A stretch of DNA of 64,000 nt from Basidiobolus meristosporus CBS 931.73. Taxonomy: Eukaryota; Fungi; Basidiobolomycota. The position numbers were made by a program, and so were the translations under genes. The notes under the pieces were generated by a model, which worked only from the letters and a program-made list of their open reading frames with translations, had not been told where the DNA came from and made no database searches. Below, piece after piece: positions 11,716 through 23,469 of this stretch. The stretch lies in contig MCFE01000225.1 in assembly GCA_002104905.1 (NCBI GenBank), positions 58,662 through 122,661 on the forward strand, written 5' to 3'. The number at the start of each line of letters is the position of its first letter. Positions within the stretch are counted from its first letter, which is position 1.

Positions 11716-12693
11716 ATGTTCTACCCGTTGGCGAAGTTAACATGGTAGCCGTTATTTGACCTGAGCCTACCTACTAGGACACCGGAGTAACTCATTTTAG
11801 CCTCTCTCTAGGGCTTTATTATTCGTTCAAGGCAGTTAGGTCCCGCAACAAAGAGAGGGGTATGCAGTGGTTGACCTTCTGGGTCGTCATGGCCTTTTAT
11901 CGGGTTGGCGAGTTCGTGGCAGATATCTTTCTGGGCTGGTGGTATGTATCTTGTTAGTGGCCCTGGTGTTTGCGCCGACGACTCAGACCCTACGCACTTC
12001 TAGGCTGCCGTTCTACGGATATTTCAAGTTGTTGGCGATCCTGTTCGTGTTGTTCACTCAGCCATGGGTAGGGATGGGGATTGTGGGGATGTTGCCAAGG
12101 AAAGGTAATAACCGGGGTTTTTGTAGGGAGCCGAGGCAATGTACAAGCAGCATCTGCGTCCGTTGTTTCGATCGAACCAATATCATGTCGAGGATTTCAA
12201 GAGAAATGTAGGCCTGCTGTTTCCCACTGAATACTTATGATATAATCTACTCACCGGGTGTTTAGTATGGTTCATACATCATGAACCTCTCCAGGGTGGT
12301 GGTTTCTATTGCCTTAACCCTAACGAGTCTGATTTTCTCCCTGGACGCCAGCAAGGTAGGTATCCCGTGCACCTTTGTGTTCCTATTACCATACTAATAC
12401 AACCCCAGGGTGCCCCAAGCGATATATCCCGCAGGAAGGAAAACGAGACACTGAAAGAGCCCAGGCAAATCCGAGCCCATGTGGAGCATTCCCGAGCAAC
12501 CCCGACTCGATCGAAAGCAACCAAGGGCCTCCACGAGGCTCGCGTTAATACCAGGTCTGCACCCGCTGCCAATGCCAAAAGCTTCTCTGATATTCGTAGC
12601 AAGTTCCAACAGGAGGAGACTTGTTCATCGAAGAATCCCAAAATGACCTTAGGTGGACGAAGATTGAATCTTGAGAAACCACTGGTCACCTAG
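11716..12693 (+). CDS. TB2/DP1/HVA22 family (REEP/Yop1-like) ER-shaping protein, multi-exon, with an apparent 1-nt frameshift in exon 2
   Basis: Splicing (introns ~11745-11800, 11943-12003, ~12070-12126, ~12208-12265, ~12357-12409) gives MFYPLAKLTCLSLGLYYSFKAVRSRNKE / MQWLTFWVVMAFYRVGEFVADIFLGWWLPFYGYFKLLAILFVLFTQPWGAEAMYKQHLRPLF plus a charged C-terminal tail. The YxSxKA, QWLxxWVV, WLPFY and GAxxxY..LRP motifs are diagnostic. Confidence 0.8.
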
Positions 12694-12852
12694 GCTGTGC
12701 GCCCTTCCCTATATTTGAGTTGGTCAACTGAAATTATATGTATACTCAATGTTAGCCTGCTGGCTTCATCCTAACTACAACTCAATGCAATAGTATAGAT
12801 ATTAATAAACCACTTAGTAGCATTCTAAGATCATGACAACCAAGCTCCATTT

Positions 12853-13330
12853 CCCTATAAACAAGAATTTCAATGATCCACTCAAAAGGCTGTCACAATA
12901 TTGAGAACCCATGGCTGTGAGGTATTCATAACTTCAGGACAATGTAGCTGTGAGACAAAAACTTACAATCCAACAGCCTCTAGACTTTTGTTCATTGGTT
13001 CTCTACCTTTTTTCTCACTACCCTGATCCCAGGCACTTCATCTACTCCTACCCCCATGAAAAATAATTGTGATGATCCTGTCAAAAGGCCATTGGAAAAT
13101 CAATATCCTGTAACCAAAAGGTATTGATGCTGCTAGGACACCATGTAACAACCATTGGTAAAAAATTGCACCTTGTATTTTGGAGAAAACCTGGTCAAAA
13201 ACTTCACTTCTACAGTCCATAAGTTGCTTTTGATTGGTTCTCTACTACTTCTCTCACTTCCTGGCCCCTGACACCCAATCTTCCCCTACATCTGTGTACA
13301 TTGATTGCCTATTTCCTCTTTTCTATTGCT
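12853..13330 (-). mobile_element. Two adjacent truncated right-end fragments of a CACTA/CMC DNA transposon (ends at 12853 and 13052)
   Basis: CCCTATAAACAAGAATTT..GATCC..AAAAGGC at 12853 and CCCCATGAAAAATAATTGTGATGATCCTGTCAAAAGGCC at 13052 are reverse-complement homologs of the ends at 14762 and 21242. Confidence 0.6.
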
Positions 13331-13356
13331 AGGGTCCTGAGGATATTCAAAGCTAT

Positions 13357-13705
13357 TGTTGCAATATTCTGAGGAGTATTGGAAGTGATGAGGACAACTG
13401 GAGGATTTACATGTTATTCACTTGTAGATTTACTGATCAAAAGTATGGTATTTATACTTTTGCTAAAGTAGAGCAAACAAGTGTGTTGAGTTTGCTAATA
13501 AAGGTCCCAAGAATATGTGTGCAAGGTTGGGGGGCTTTTGGACAACTTTGAGAAAGATCATAATCTAGGTACCTGATAATTTGGTGAAAATATTCCAAGT
13601 ATGTCTCAACAAGAAATTTGGTCAGGGCAGAATGTTAATCAAAAAATAAGATTTATGTAACTAAGTTAGCATGAATATTTAGGTGACAACTTAATAACTA
13701 CAATA
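13357..13705 (-). mobile_element. Old diverged solo LTR related to the main Copia family
   Basis: Termini TGTTGCAA...ACAATA, ~349 bp, homologous to the Copia LTR reverse complement. Flanks GCTAT/GTTAT are a 4/5 match for a 5-bp TSD. Confidence 0.7.
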
Positions 13706-13817
13706 GTTATTAGGAGATAAAGTGGGTAAGTGGTATTCAATTAATGATTGACTGAATGTGAATACGGTATGTATACCTTCACATGTGCCTAAAAAACAGC
13801 CGGTCAAGTGTTGTAAA

Positions 13818-13990
13818 TGTTGCAGAAACTTTTAATTGCACCTAAATATCCACCTAACTTAGTCACTTTATCACTACCTGCAAATCTTAGAGAATACTAA
13901 CAGAATTCCTTGTTGGGATTTACTTGGAACATTTTCACCAAAACATCAGGTACCCAGAACATGAAAATTTGATAGGTTGCCCAAACAGCC
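13818..13990 (+). mobile_element. 5' half of a Copia LTR
   Basis: CACCTAAATATCCACCTAACTTAGTCACT...GGTACCCAGAACATGAAAATT...CCAAACAGCC matches the first half of the LTRs at 15104, 48230 and 58138. Confidence 0.75.
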
Positions 13991-14762
13991 ATAGACAGAG
14001 TGGAGATCCCACTGACAGACAAAGCAACAATGTCAAAGACTCAGAAGACTATCACAATGCTTACAGTGGAGTTCTGGAACATCAATTGGCACACCAAGAG
14101 GTTGCAGCACTTCATCAAGAGCAGTGTTCAAGAAAATGCACTTGAATATTGCAAGGATTTATTGCAAAGACTGGCAAATGATGTGTTAGACCTTACTGTA
14201 CCAAGGGAAGACCAGGACATGTAGTAACTAGTAAATGAACACTGGCATAAAGCTGTAGAGTTCCTGCCAAAGTCATGGGAAAAGGGTGCTGTGGCTAAAA
14301 TACCTAATGAATGGTGGATTATGATGGAGTTACTTGCTGAGTGTGGGGTTGAGCTTAGTTTAAGTGTTGGGTATAGGGACTTGTATAGGTCAGTACAATT
14401 GGCAACTGAGCTACAACTGAAGGTTCAACAGAAATAAACCAACTTGTATGCATAAAAGTATGAGCATTGGTTGAGTCAGGAAGTAAGGAGTGTGAAATAG
14501 AGGCAATAGCCAGCCAATGTACACAAACATAGGAGGTGATTAAGTGTCCAGGATCCAAAGGTGAGAGAATTGGCAGAGAACCAATTAGAAACCACTTATG
14601 CACTATTGTGATGAAAAATATTGACCAAGTTTTTGTGGGATATGGGGTGCAATTTTTTAACAATCTTTGCATGGTGTCCTGACAGGATCAATATCTCTTA
14701 GTCACAGGGCTTAAATTTTGTGATGGCCTTTGACAGAATCATTACAATTATTTTCCATAGGG
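13991..14762 (+). mobile_element. CACTA right arm with the C-terminal part of an uncharacterised second ORF
   Basis: Encodes TITMLTVEFWNINWHTKRLQHFIKSS.., a homolog of 20531-20848, and ends in the terminal repeat ..ATTATTTTCCATAGGG at 14762. Confidence 0.65.
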
Positions 14763-14886
14763 TGATGGATCCATGTGAGTTTTTGCCAAATGATCCAAGT
14801 ATGGCCCAAATTTCTATGATGAGTCTTCTTACAAATATTTGGGCACTCCTCATTAATCTAACTGTATTTGATACCATAGTGAGTGC

Positions 14887-15590
14887 TGTTGTAAGAGTCT
14901 TGGAGATATTGGAAGTGATTGGGAGGACAAGTAGATTATGTGGTTTTCACTTAATGTTTTATTGAATGTAAAAGTAGAATTTATACTTTTACATGATCTT
15001 GGCATTACAAGCACTTAGAATAGGCTAAGGAAGGTCCCAAGAACATGTATGCAAAGCTTTGGGGCTGTTTAGACAACTTTGAGAATTTTCATGTTCTTGG
15101 TACTGTTGTAAAAATTCATATTTCCACCTAAATATTCACCTAACTTAGTCACTTAGATCATTACCTTCAAATCCTAGAGAATACTGACCAAATTCCTTGT
15201 TGGGATTTACTTAGAATATTTTCACCAAAATACCAGGTACCCAGAACATGATAATTCTCAAAGTTGTCCAAACAGCCCCAAACTTTGCACACATGTTCTT
15301 GGGACCTTCCTTAATCTATTTTACGTGTTTGTAATGCCAAGACCAGGTAAAAGTATAAATACTACTTTTACATTCAATAAATCATTAAGTGAAAACCACA
15401 TAATCTACTTGTTCTCCCAATCACTTCCAATATCTCCAAGACTCTTACAACAGGTACCTGGTATTTTAGTGAAAATATTCCAAGTAAGTCCTAACAAGGA
15501 ACTTGGTCAGTATACTCTAGGATTTAGAGGTAATGATCTAAGTGACTAAGTTAGGTGAATATTTAGGTGGAATTACAAACTTTTACAACA
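14887..15590 (-). mobile_element. Copia LTR (minus) interrupted by a second solo LTR
   Basis: TGTTGTAAGAGTC at 14887 and TTTTACAACA at 15590; the two halves rejoin across the insert at GGTAC. Confidence 0.85.
15104..15452 (+). mobile_element. Copia solo LTR, 349 bp, 5-bp TSD GGTAC
   Basis: TGTTGTAA...TTACAACA 8-bp terminal inverted repeat; GGTAC at 15099-15103 and 15453-15457. Confidence 0.92.
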
Positions 15591-16684
15591 CTTAGAAAGT
15601 TCTTAGCTCATTTGAACAAGTTTTTGCCTCAAATGGCAAATGCACTATATATATATATATTAGTAGAGCCAAGTAGCTTCTAAAAGCAGTACATGCAGGA
15701 CTCATCAAGGCAGCAGTCTCAAAGCATCAGACAAAGGCCAAGTGAATATCTTGGAGAATCAGAAGGTGAAATACTGAGGAAGAATACAGACCATGAGCAG
15801 CTGCATCACATTTTTGCTGTAGTAAGGTAAGCATACCTTCCACTGACAAGCTTATCCATATAGCTGTTATAGTACTTGTATCCTTATGCATCTTATCATT
15901 ATTTTCCCATTCTTCTTTGCCCATATTATCAGTATTATCCCTATATGATACTCATCCAGGTCAGTTATTAGCATTAGTGATCCCAAAAGTTTCAGCTTTG
16001 TTATGAGCAGGTGTATCTATATTGGGCAAGTACACACATCAATATCTGTGACACATGACCCCTGTCTGTGTTACCATCAATACAACTCCAATACCATAAA
16101 TGGTATCTCTGTGACCACAGTTCTCAGACTACTAATTCCTGATTAGTTAGATGTGGTATGCTTTTAGAACCTTCCGGGGCATTCCTGGAGTATGTTTAGT
16201 TCATGGAGATGTCATCAAGAACTCTACTAATATCTGGAATCATCTAAAATTCTACTATTAGTAATTGCTTGGCAATCAGGAATAGCTCAAAAGGGAAGTC
16301 AATCATTGCTCACTATATCATCCTGTCTATCAGTGGCATTTACCTCTAATTAATTAGCAATAGAGCACTGCACCTACCTTCACAATTACACCTCAGATTT
16401 GGCACCAAGGAGCTTATCAGGGTAGTGCACAAGACATGCAGAGGCCTTTGGAGACACTTGTAGCACCTGAATGCTAGAGAGGCAGGAGCTTTTATCATAG
16501 GACTAATTGATAGAGTCACCTGCAATTTAAACACTGAGGTTGTTGAATTTATCAAACATCTCACACACCTTGAGTTATATGGCTTCTCCCAGGAATATCT
16601 CTGCACCACCACTGTGCTAGCATGCATCACTGAAGTCTTTACCAAGCATTACAATGCCAGCACACCAGTGCACATCAACCTAAT

Positions 16685-19600
16685 CCCTATGAAAAATAAT
16701 TTGGTCACACAGGTGGATCCAATCCAGATCAGCTGTCAAGATACCATCAGGAGACCACTATGATACCAGCAGCTTGGAATTAATTACTATCTACTCAATC
16801 TTGTGACAAGATTACAACAGCATTTTGCTAATTTGACAGCCAAATAAAGTATCATGTGTAGGATGAAGCCTTTATGAATAGCTGCCAACCAGGCTGTGGT
16901 ACTCTGTGATACTAAATCAAGCCTATCAGGATGCAACCAGAAAGTCTGAGAATGTAGCAGAGATATGAGTCCACAAGAGTTATGCCTAGATCAGAAGGAC
17001 ATATATGAGCTATACAAAGTCAATTTTAGAAGGCAGGAAGCACCAGAAGCTGTAGCTTCAGTGGGGGTACAAAATCCTGGATCAGGAATGAAAAAAACCT
17101 CATCTAAATACCACTGAAAGCACCAGTCCAGAAGTGGAAACGTTAGGTCAACCAATGAAGACTAAGGCTACCATAATACTAACCGTCTATTGGCTTTAGC
17201 AGATGATGTATGGAACATATGAGGAAAGTGATTGTTCAGATCCAGTATTGAAAAGATGGTGAATAGTCCAAGTGAACTAGACTATTTACTGGAACTGTGG
17301 ATGATCCTGATATATTAGAAGGAAACTTCATCCTAACTTTGTCAATTATAGGCCAATTATGCTCAATTAAGCAGCAGCAGAAAGCCTGAAAGCACAGATA
17401 CCTAATGGTAGGAAGTATAATAGAACATGATCAGTATTGGAAAATTGTCACTCCATTCAAGTGGATGATACTCATTTATAGATATTTTGTGATGGGATTG
17501 GAATTAAGACTCAAATAATTTGATTGGTGGTATGCAATCAATAGCAAAGGCTTGTACTTAATTTTTACCAAAAAAATGCAAACCCTAACATATGTTGGAG
17601 AATATATTAGTCCAATAGGTTAGATGGTTATTTGCAGGTATATTTCAACCAAAAGATTTGCAACACCACAGCAAGCTCATATGTACATAAATATATTATG
17701 TGAGTCATCTGTTGAAATAATTAGGAGTTCACCTAATTATTTATAGATAATGAGCTAGCACTTAGCTGAATAATGTATCTCAGAATATCAACTTAAGAAT
17801 AAGTTTGTAAGGTATTGCTAATTATTAGGAATTAGAGAAGTACAGAATTTTGGGAAAATTTGAAACTTATCCAAACAAGCTGAAACTGGGCACATGTACC
17901 CCTGAGACTCTCCTGACAATGATCATATAGGGACATTAATGTAGCTTGTCAATGAGTATAAATATTTTGTTGCAACTCAATAAATCATCAAGTGAATATC
18001 ATGTAAATATTCTAATTCTCCATTTTACTTCCAATACATCTCTTGAATATTTCAACACAATTGACCATACCTTTGCTCTGCTAATTGATGCTTTTCAGTA
18101 GAGAAGCACTAATCAGCAAGTGGCCATGATAAAATCACCACCACCCATATTAGCAAGTATTTTGTCAGCTTGTTCCAAAGCATTAATGAGGCAATTAGGT
18201 GCAGTGGCTGATAGGATAGTTGCAATGGCCCAGAGAAATCAGGAAATAGTCCAGAAACAGGACAAGCAGATAATATGTGTAGAGCAATCAATATCCCAGG
18301 TAGAGAAAGCAGCATCTTTGCTGCAAAAAAGAAACTCATGAAGCTCAATGTCACAGCCAAGAATTGAGCCATTTCCCAATGTAACAGCAGAGGAACACCA
18401 TACAGTCTTTGAAGCACAACAACAGTGCCCAAAGATAAAGCCCACAGAAAAACCTATCACAGTGTGTGAGGGAGACAATGTGGTGTTAATACCAAAGCCT
18501 AAAAATCAAGGCTGTCAGAAGTCTAGCATGCCATTACCTTAAGGCCAGCATGCCATGGGACCATCAGAAACTCAAGGCCAAGCAGAATGCATGTGACTTG
18601 TTCCATGAGCATTATCCTTGATTCAAACAGGCAAACAGATATTGGGCCAGCATTGGTATGCAAGAAAGTATCTTAAGAATAGCTGAAACTATCAAAGGCA
18701 GAAGTGCAAGGGTGCCATGGCTTAAACCAGCAGCTTCCTGAAGAGCCCATTACAAGCAGGGCCAAAAGCTCCAGACAAGCATCAAAGAGACGTCAGGTAG
18801 CTGCAAGAGTGCTAATGAGGGATAAGCAGGCAGACACAGATGCACCAGCACAGCATTTATCAAGGAAAAAGCATAGTTCCACTCAAGAAGCACCCAGTCA
18901 ATGTAGCAGTGAAGGATCTGGTAGTGATAAAAACCAGCTGCTTTTACAGGAGCCCATAAAAACTACAGTTGAGAGCGCTGTGGTGGTTTATAAGTCCAAG
19001 GGAGAGATATGTCCAACACTTCTCAAGTGTTTTGTGTGTGGGGTGTTCACTGGGTGCAATAACCTCTGGCAAAATCTTGCTAGGAATACTTGGGTTCTGT
19101 CTCTAGTCTAATGTGAAGGGGAATAAAGCCGCAAGCTTGTCAAGGGAAAACTATTGAGCTACAATCCCCAACTTAGTTGGCATCTTAACAAAAGTATGTG
19201 CTGGGTTCAGCGTCCTTTGAGATGACAATGTACTAAAGCTTCCAAAGTCAAAACAACTGTAAACTCCACCAGCAGGGACTTGATAAGAATGCAGCTGTGG
19301 TCAATAGTTACAAAGACAGAAAAGTATCCTTGCCTGTACAAGAACAAACTTGGGAAAGAATCAAATAAAATAAAAGATACCTACTCTGAGTATTCCTCAC
19401 AAGTAGTGCCTCCAAGGTCAATTGGCTGTCAGCGCGGTTTCCTGGGAGTGTCCTGTGGTCTGGGGTTGGAAGTTCAGGTAGCAGCAGGTAGCAGTGATCA
19501 CACTAATCAACTAGTTGGTATATTGATAAAAGGGATGATGATTTATTGTTGAGGGATAGCCTCCCTTATATACTTTTCTCACTGGCTAAGTGATTACTAA

Positions 19601-21242
19601 TCATGGTGTTCCAGAAGGTTCCGGATATCAATAGTAATCTTAATGACATCAGAATGACCCAAGAATGTTCCAAGTAGGTGGCGGAAGGTTCTAAGAGGCA
19701 CAGCACATCCAACCAATCAGGAATCAGTATTCTGAAACCTGTGTAACATAGGGATACCATATATGGTATGGAAATGGTAGGGATGATGACACAGGTTGAT
19801 CATGTGTGACAGGTACTGGCGCAGGTACTTGCATAATATAGAAGTACTTATAGCTAGTAATCTTACATAAAGTGAGAGGTAACTTATGCAATAAGATAAG
19901 CAGGTGTGATAGTCAACCAGCTTATTGGATAGTACTGATTGGGTAAGACAAATGGGATAAAACTGAAATAAGTGTAGTAGAGATATAGGGAAGTAGAAAA
20001 TAGGAGAATGAGCACATCTGTCAGTGGGTGTCACTGTCACCCCACTACAGCAAAATACAAGCAGAAAAGATATATCAGGTTGCCAAAAGAGTGCCAGCAA
20101 GGGACAAGCAGGCCAAAACAGAAGCATCAGAGCAGAGTTTGTCCAGGAGAAAATGTAGTTCTTTACAAGGAGCACTCAGACAAAGTAACAGTGAAAGACC
20201 TGGCAGTAATAAAGGAAAAGGTAAAGGGAAAAATGTCTACCCAAGCCTGAGACAGGGAGGCATGCAAAAAAAACTGCAGTTCTTGCCAATTAATGCTTCA
20301 AGCCAGGAACAGACTGAATCTCATCATAGCCAAGAAGATTTACCAGCAAGAAAACAGATGTTTCACAAGAGCTGGAAGTGCAGCCAGTTGAGCTGCACTC
20401 CAGCAAGGTAGATGAGTTTCCTGAAAAAGGCAATTTGTCTACCACAGCCTCCACATTATCAATTGTTGGCCAAGTGGAGATCCCACTGACAGACAAGGCT
20501 ACAACATCAAGAGCTTGAAAGATTATCACAATGCCTTCAGTGGAGTTTTGGAACATTAATAGGCACACCAAGAGGTTGCAACACTTCTTCAAGAGCAGTG
20601 CACAAGAAAGTGCACTGGAATATTGCAGGGGTTTATTGCAAAGACTGGCAGATGACAAGCTAGACCTTGCAGTGCTGGCTGAAGACCAAGATGTGTGGGA
20701 ACCAGTGAATGAACAGTGGCATAAAGCCATTGGGTTCCTGCCAAAGTTGTGGAAACAGAGTGTTACAGCAGAAATACTTATTGAGTGGTGGATTTTAATG
20801 GAGTTACTTGTTGAGTGTGGGGTTGGGCTTAATGTTAGTGTAGGGTAAAGAGACTTGTATAGGTCAATACAATTGGCAATTGAGGTACAACTGAAGTTTC
20901 AATAGAAATAAATCAATTTGTATGCATGAGAAGTAAGAGAAATGGTTGAGTCAGAAAGTAAGGAGTGTGAAAAAGAGGCAATAGCCAATCAATTCACACA
21001 AACATAGGAGGTAATAGAGTGTCCAGAATCAGAAAGTGAGCAAATTGGCAGGGAACCAATCAAAAGCCACTTATACATTGGTGTGATGAGTGATATTGAC
21101 TAACTTTATGGTGAAATCTGGGGTACAATTATTTTTCAACAGTCTCTGGACAGTGTCCCAGCAGGATCAGTACCTCTTAATAATGGGATTTCAGCTTTGT
21201 GACAGCCTTATGACAGGATCATCTCAATAATTTTTCATAGGG
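16685..21242 (+). mobile_element. Composite non-autonomous CACTA/CMC-type element bounded by CCCTATGAAAAA(T)ATT terminal inverted repeats
   Basis: Left end CCCTATGAAAAATAATT at 16685, right end AATAATTTTTCATAGGG at 21242. Contains two copies of the second-ORF N-terminal part (~18800-19020, ~20090-20250), the conserved C-terminal domain (20531-20848) and a nested LTR-element fragment. No TSD match (AAT vs GTA), so the two ends may come from different insertions. Confidence 0.55.
16855..18057 (+). mobile_element. 3' internal segment plus 3' LTR (17710-18057) of the sister LTR family
   Basis: 16855-17709 aligns with ~27200-28062. The LTR has TGTTGAAA...TTTCAACA ends and is homologous to 25106-25455. 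Confidence 0.65.
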
Positions 21243-21359
21243 GTAGTAAATCCTCAAAGCCCCTGTAACTGATATTAGTGGAAACATGCCACTCCTCTAG
21301 CCTCAACATCACATCATTCACTAGTAGATGGATTACTGGGCTCAGTTAACTCCATAATA

Positions 21360-23460
21360 TTTCTCTCTCCACCATGGCTTTAAGCTCCCTGAACTTAGGC
21401 AGAGCTTCCCCCTTTCTCTACATAAAGTGGACACATGTGTATCTGTTGCAATTTAAAAAGTTATTAGGATATAGGGAGCTTAGCAAGAAATAGTGATAAT
21501 AATTGAACTGTTATTTATTCATAAAGAGGCTCAGTATTTATACCTTTGTAGAAGTAATACAGCTGCAATACTAAGTAAGGAGGGTTTCTCAGTATTCAGG
21601 AGCATTCTGTAACAGCTTCAGGGTTAGTACTTAATGTTTGGTAGAAGTGTTAACTTATTCTTGACTATAGGGGTATAATCATTGGATCATGGATCTGAAT
21701 AAAGTGGCAAAGTTAGGACTGTAAGTTTGTCCTAGAGTGACCAAGACTAGTCCACAATTGTCAAGTAAATTTTTAGCAGCTGAATGATACCAAATAGCTC
21801 AATATCTTAGCAGTATCTGTATAATCATCAGTCAAAGAGATTAAATAATTCATCCCACTTAAGGATAAATATTGCATAGGTCCACACAGATCTAAGTGAA
21901 TTGGATCTAATTTTTCTCAGTTTTGATTAACCGGAGCTCTTGAACAGTTGTCTGGCCTGTTTCCCATATATGCAGCCTTCACAGTGCTCCAAGTTGGCTG
22001 GGGTATCAGTTTTTACCCCAAAAATTAGCCAATCCATGATCATTTTGGGCAAATAATCAGAATTGATGTGTCCAAATCTCCTGTGCCAAAGCATTGGTAT
22101 TTCTTCACTTAAGTAACCTATATTGGCTTCCAAATATGTTGGAATATAAGTCAACTTACTCAATTTCAGTTCTACAATACCCAGAGCAATACAAGCATCA
22201 TTATGATCAGTGATCCTGCATTCAGAATTGTCAAAGCTGAAACTGTGTCCTTCTGCAGTGGCCTTGCTTACAGAAAATAGGTTCTTGGTTATTTCTGATA
22301 CATAGGGTACTTCTTTAAAGGTCAGTGTATGGCTTCCTTCACTGCTTCTAGGGTTTACTTGGATAGTTCCTTCTCCTACTGCATCAAGTATTCTATTATC
22401 TCCCATGAAAACATTCTTAATTGGAATTTATTGGTATTGGGTAAGAAGCTCTTTTTGATGTATAAGTGCTGACATGATTCAGAGTCAATATACCACATCT
22501 GAAAACTTCTGTTTGTGGTCATATTTAGTGCAGATATGAGTAGTCTATCTTCAGTTGTTGCAGCATTTCCATATTCAGGCTTTTTGTGCTGAATATCTCT
22601 CTTTTTGAAGCACTGGTCTGATGTATATCCTTTCCTCTTGCAATAGTTGCAAAATAGGTTGGTGTTGCCTTTAAAAGGTCTTGGGTATCTTCTTTATTGG
22701 TTATCATTGCTTATTAAAGCATTTTCCTCTTCCTGCTTATTGGAGCTTAATTTTCTGAATTCTTCATCCAGGAGCCTTCCATATATGTGACTTCAGGTCA
22801 AATCTTCAGATCTGGACTCTAGTGCTGAGATAAGGCCCTGAGACTTGTCTGACAGACTATGCAGGATAGTTACTATCACATCCTTATTAGTAGTTGGTAT
22901 GCCCACAGATTCCATTTCATCCACCAGCAGGGTAATTCTGTTGATTAGATTTTTCATTTCTTCTCCTGAGAGCATTGTTGTAATAAAGGATCTTTGTCTG
23001 AGATGCTTTTTCTTAGCAGCTGAACATGACAGGTAGTTGTCTTCTAATGTCTTCCAGATATTCTCTGCCATTTTTGCTCTTGAGCATTGAATTTACAATT
23101 TGTCTTTGACATTAAGGCAAATGCAGTTAAAGGCACCTTGTTCCTTCTTCTGGTACTTTGTGGATTCCACTCCCACATTTTTAAGAGGGCATTCCTCTCC
23201 CTTGACAATATCCCAAAGGCCTCTTTTATGTAGCAGCCTCTTCAGCTTCACCTTCCACACTTAGTAGTTAGATCCATACAACTTTTCAGCAGAGGGAAAT
23301 ATTACAATAATAGCAGTTGTAGACATCACAGAGAGCAACAGCTTGGGGCTTACAGCCTGTTGTAAGAGCATTGGAGATGCTGGAAGTGATTGGGTGAACA
23401 AGTAGTTTTTGTGGTTTTTGCTTAATGACTGCTTGAATGTAAAAGTAGTACTTATACTTT
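21360..23460 (-). mobile_element. Degenerate Copia fragment: partial 5' LTR, PBS, gag, protease, GAG-pre-integrase, start of integrase
   Basis: LTR end at 23359, PBS-like GGCTGTAAGCCCC, ORF remnants AENIWKTLED.., LWHRRFGHINSDYL, CEGCIYGKQARQLF. Confidence 0.85.
21444..21812. mobile_element. Solo LTR of a third family, 369 bp, TSD GTATC
   Basis: TG...CA-bounded insert splitting the Copia integrase sequence GTGTATC|TGTATAATCATC; GTATC at 21439-21443 and 21813-21817. Confidence 0.75.
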
Positions 23461-23469
23461 TAACACTTT

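Noticed and set aside
15325-15549. Recurring small ORF MPRPGKSINTTFTFNKSLSENHIIYLFSQSLPISPRLLQQ (also 34501, 48382, 49376, 52398) as a separate gene
   Set aside because: It is a reading of the LTR U3/R/U5 sequence and recurs only because the LTR does; the start and length vary between copies.
15648-15662. (TA)n microsatellite
   Set aside because: About seven units in AT-rich DNA; unremarkable.
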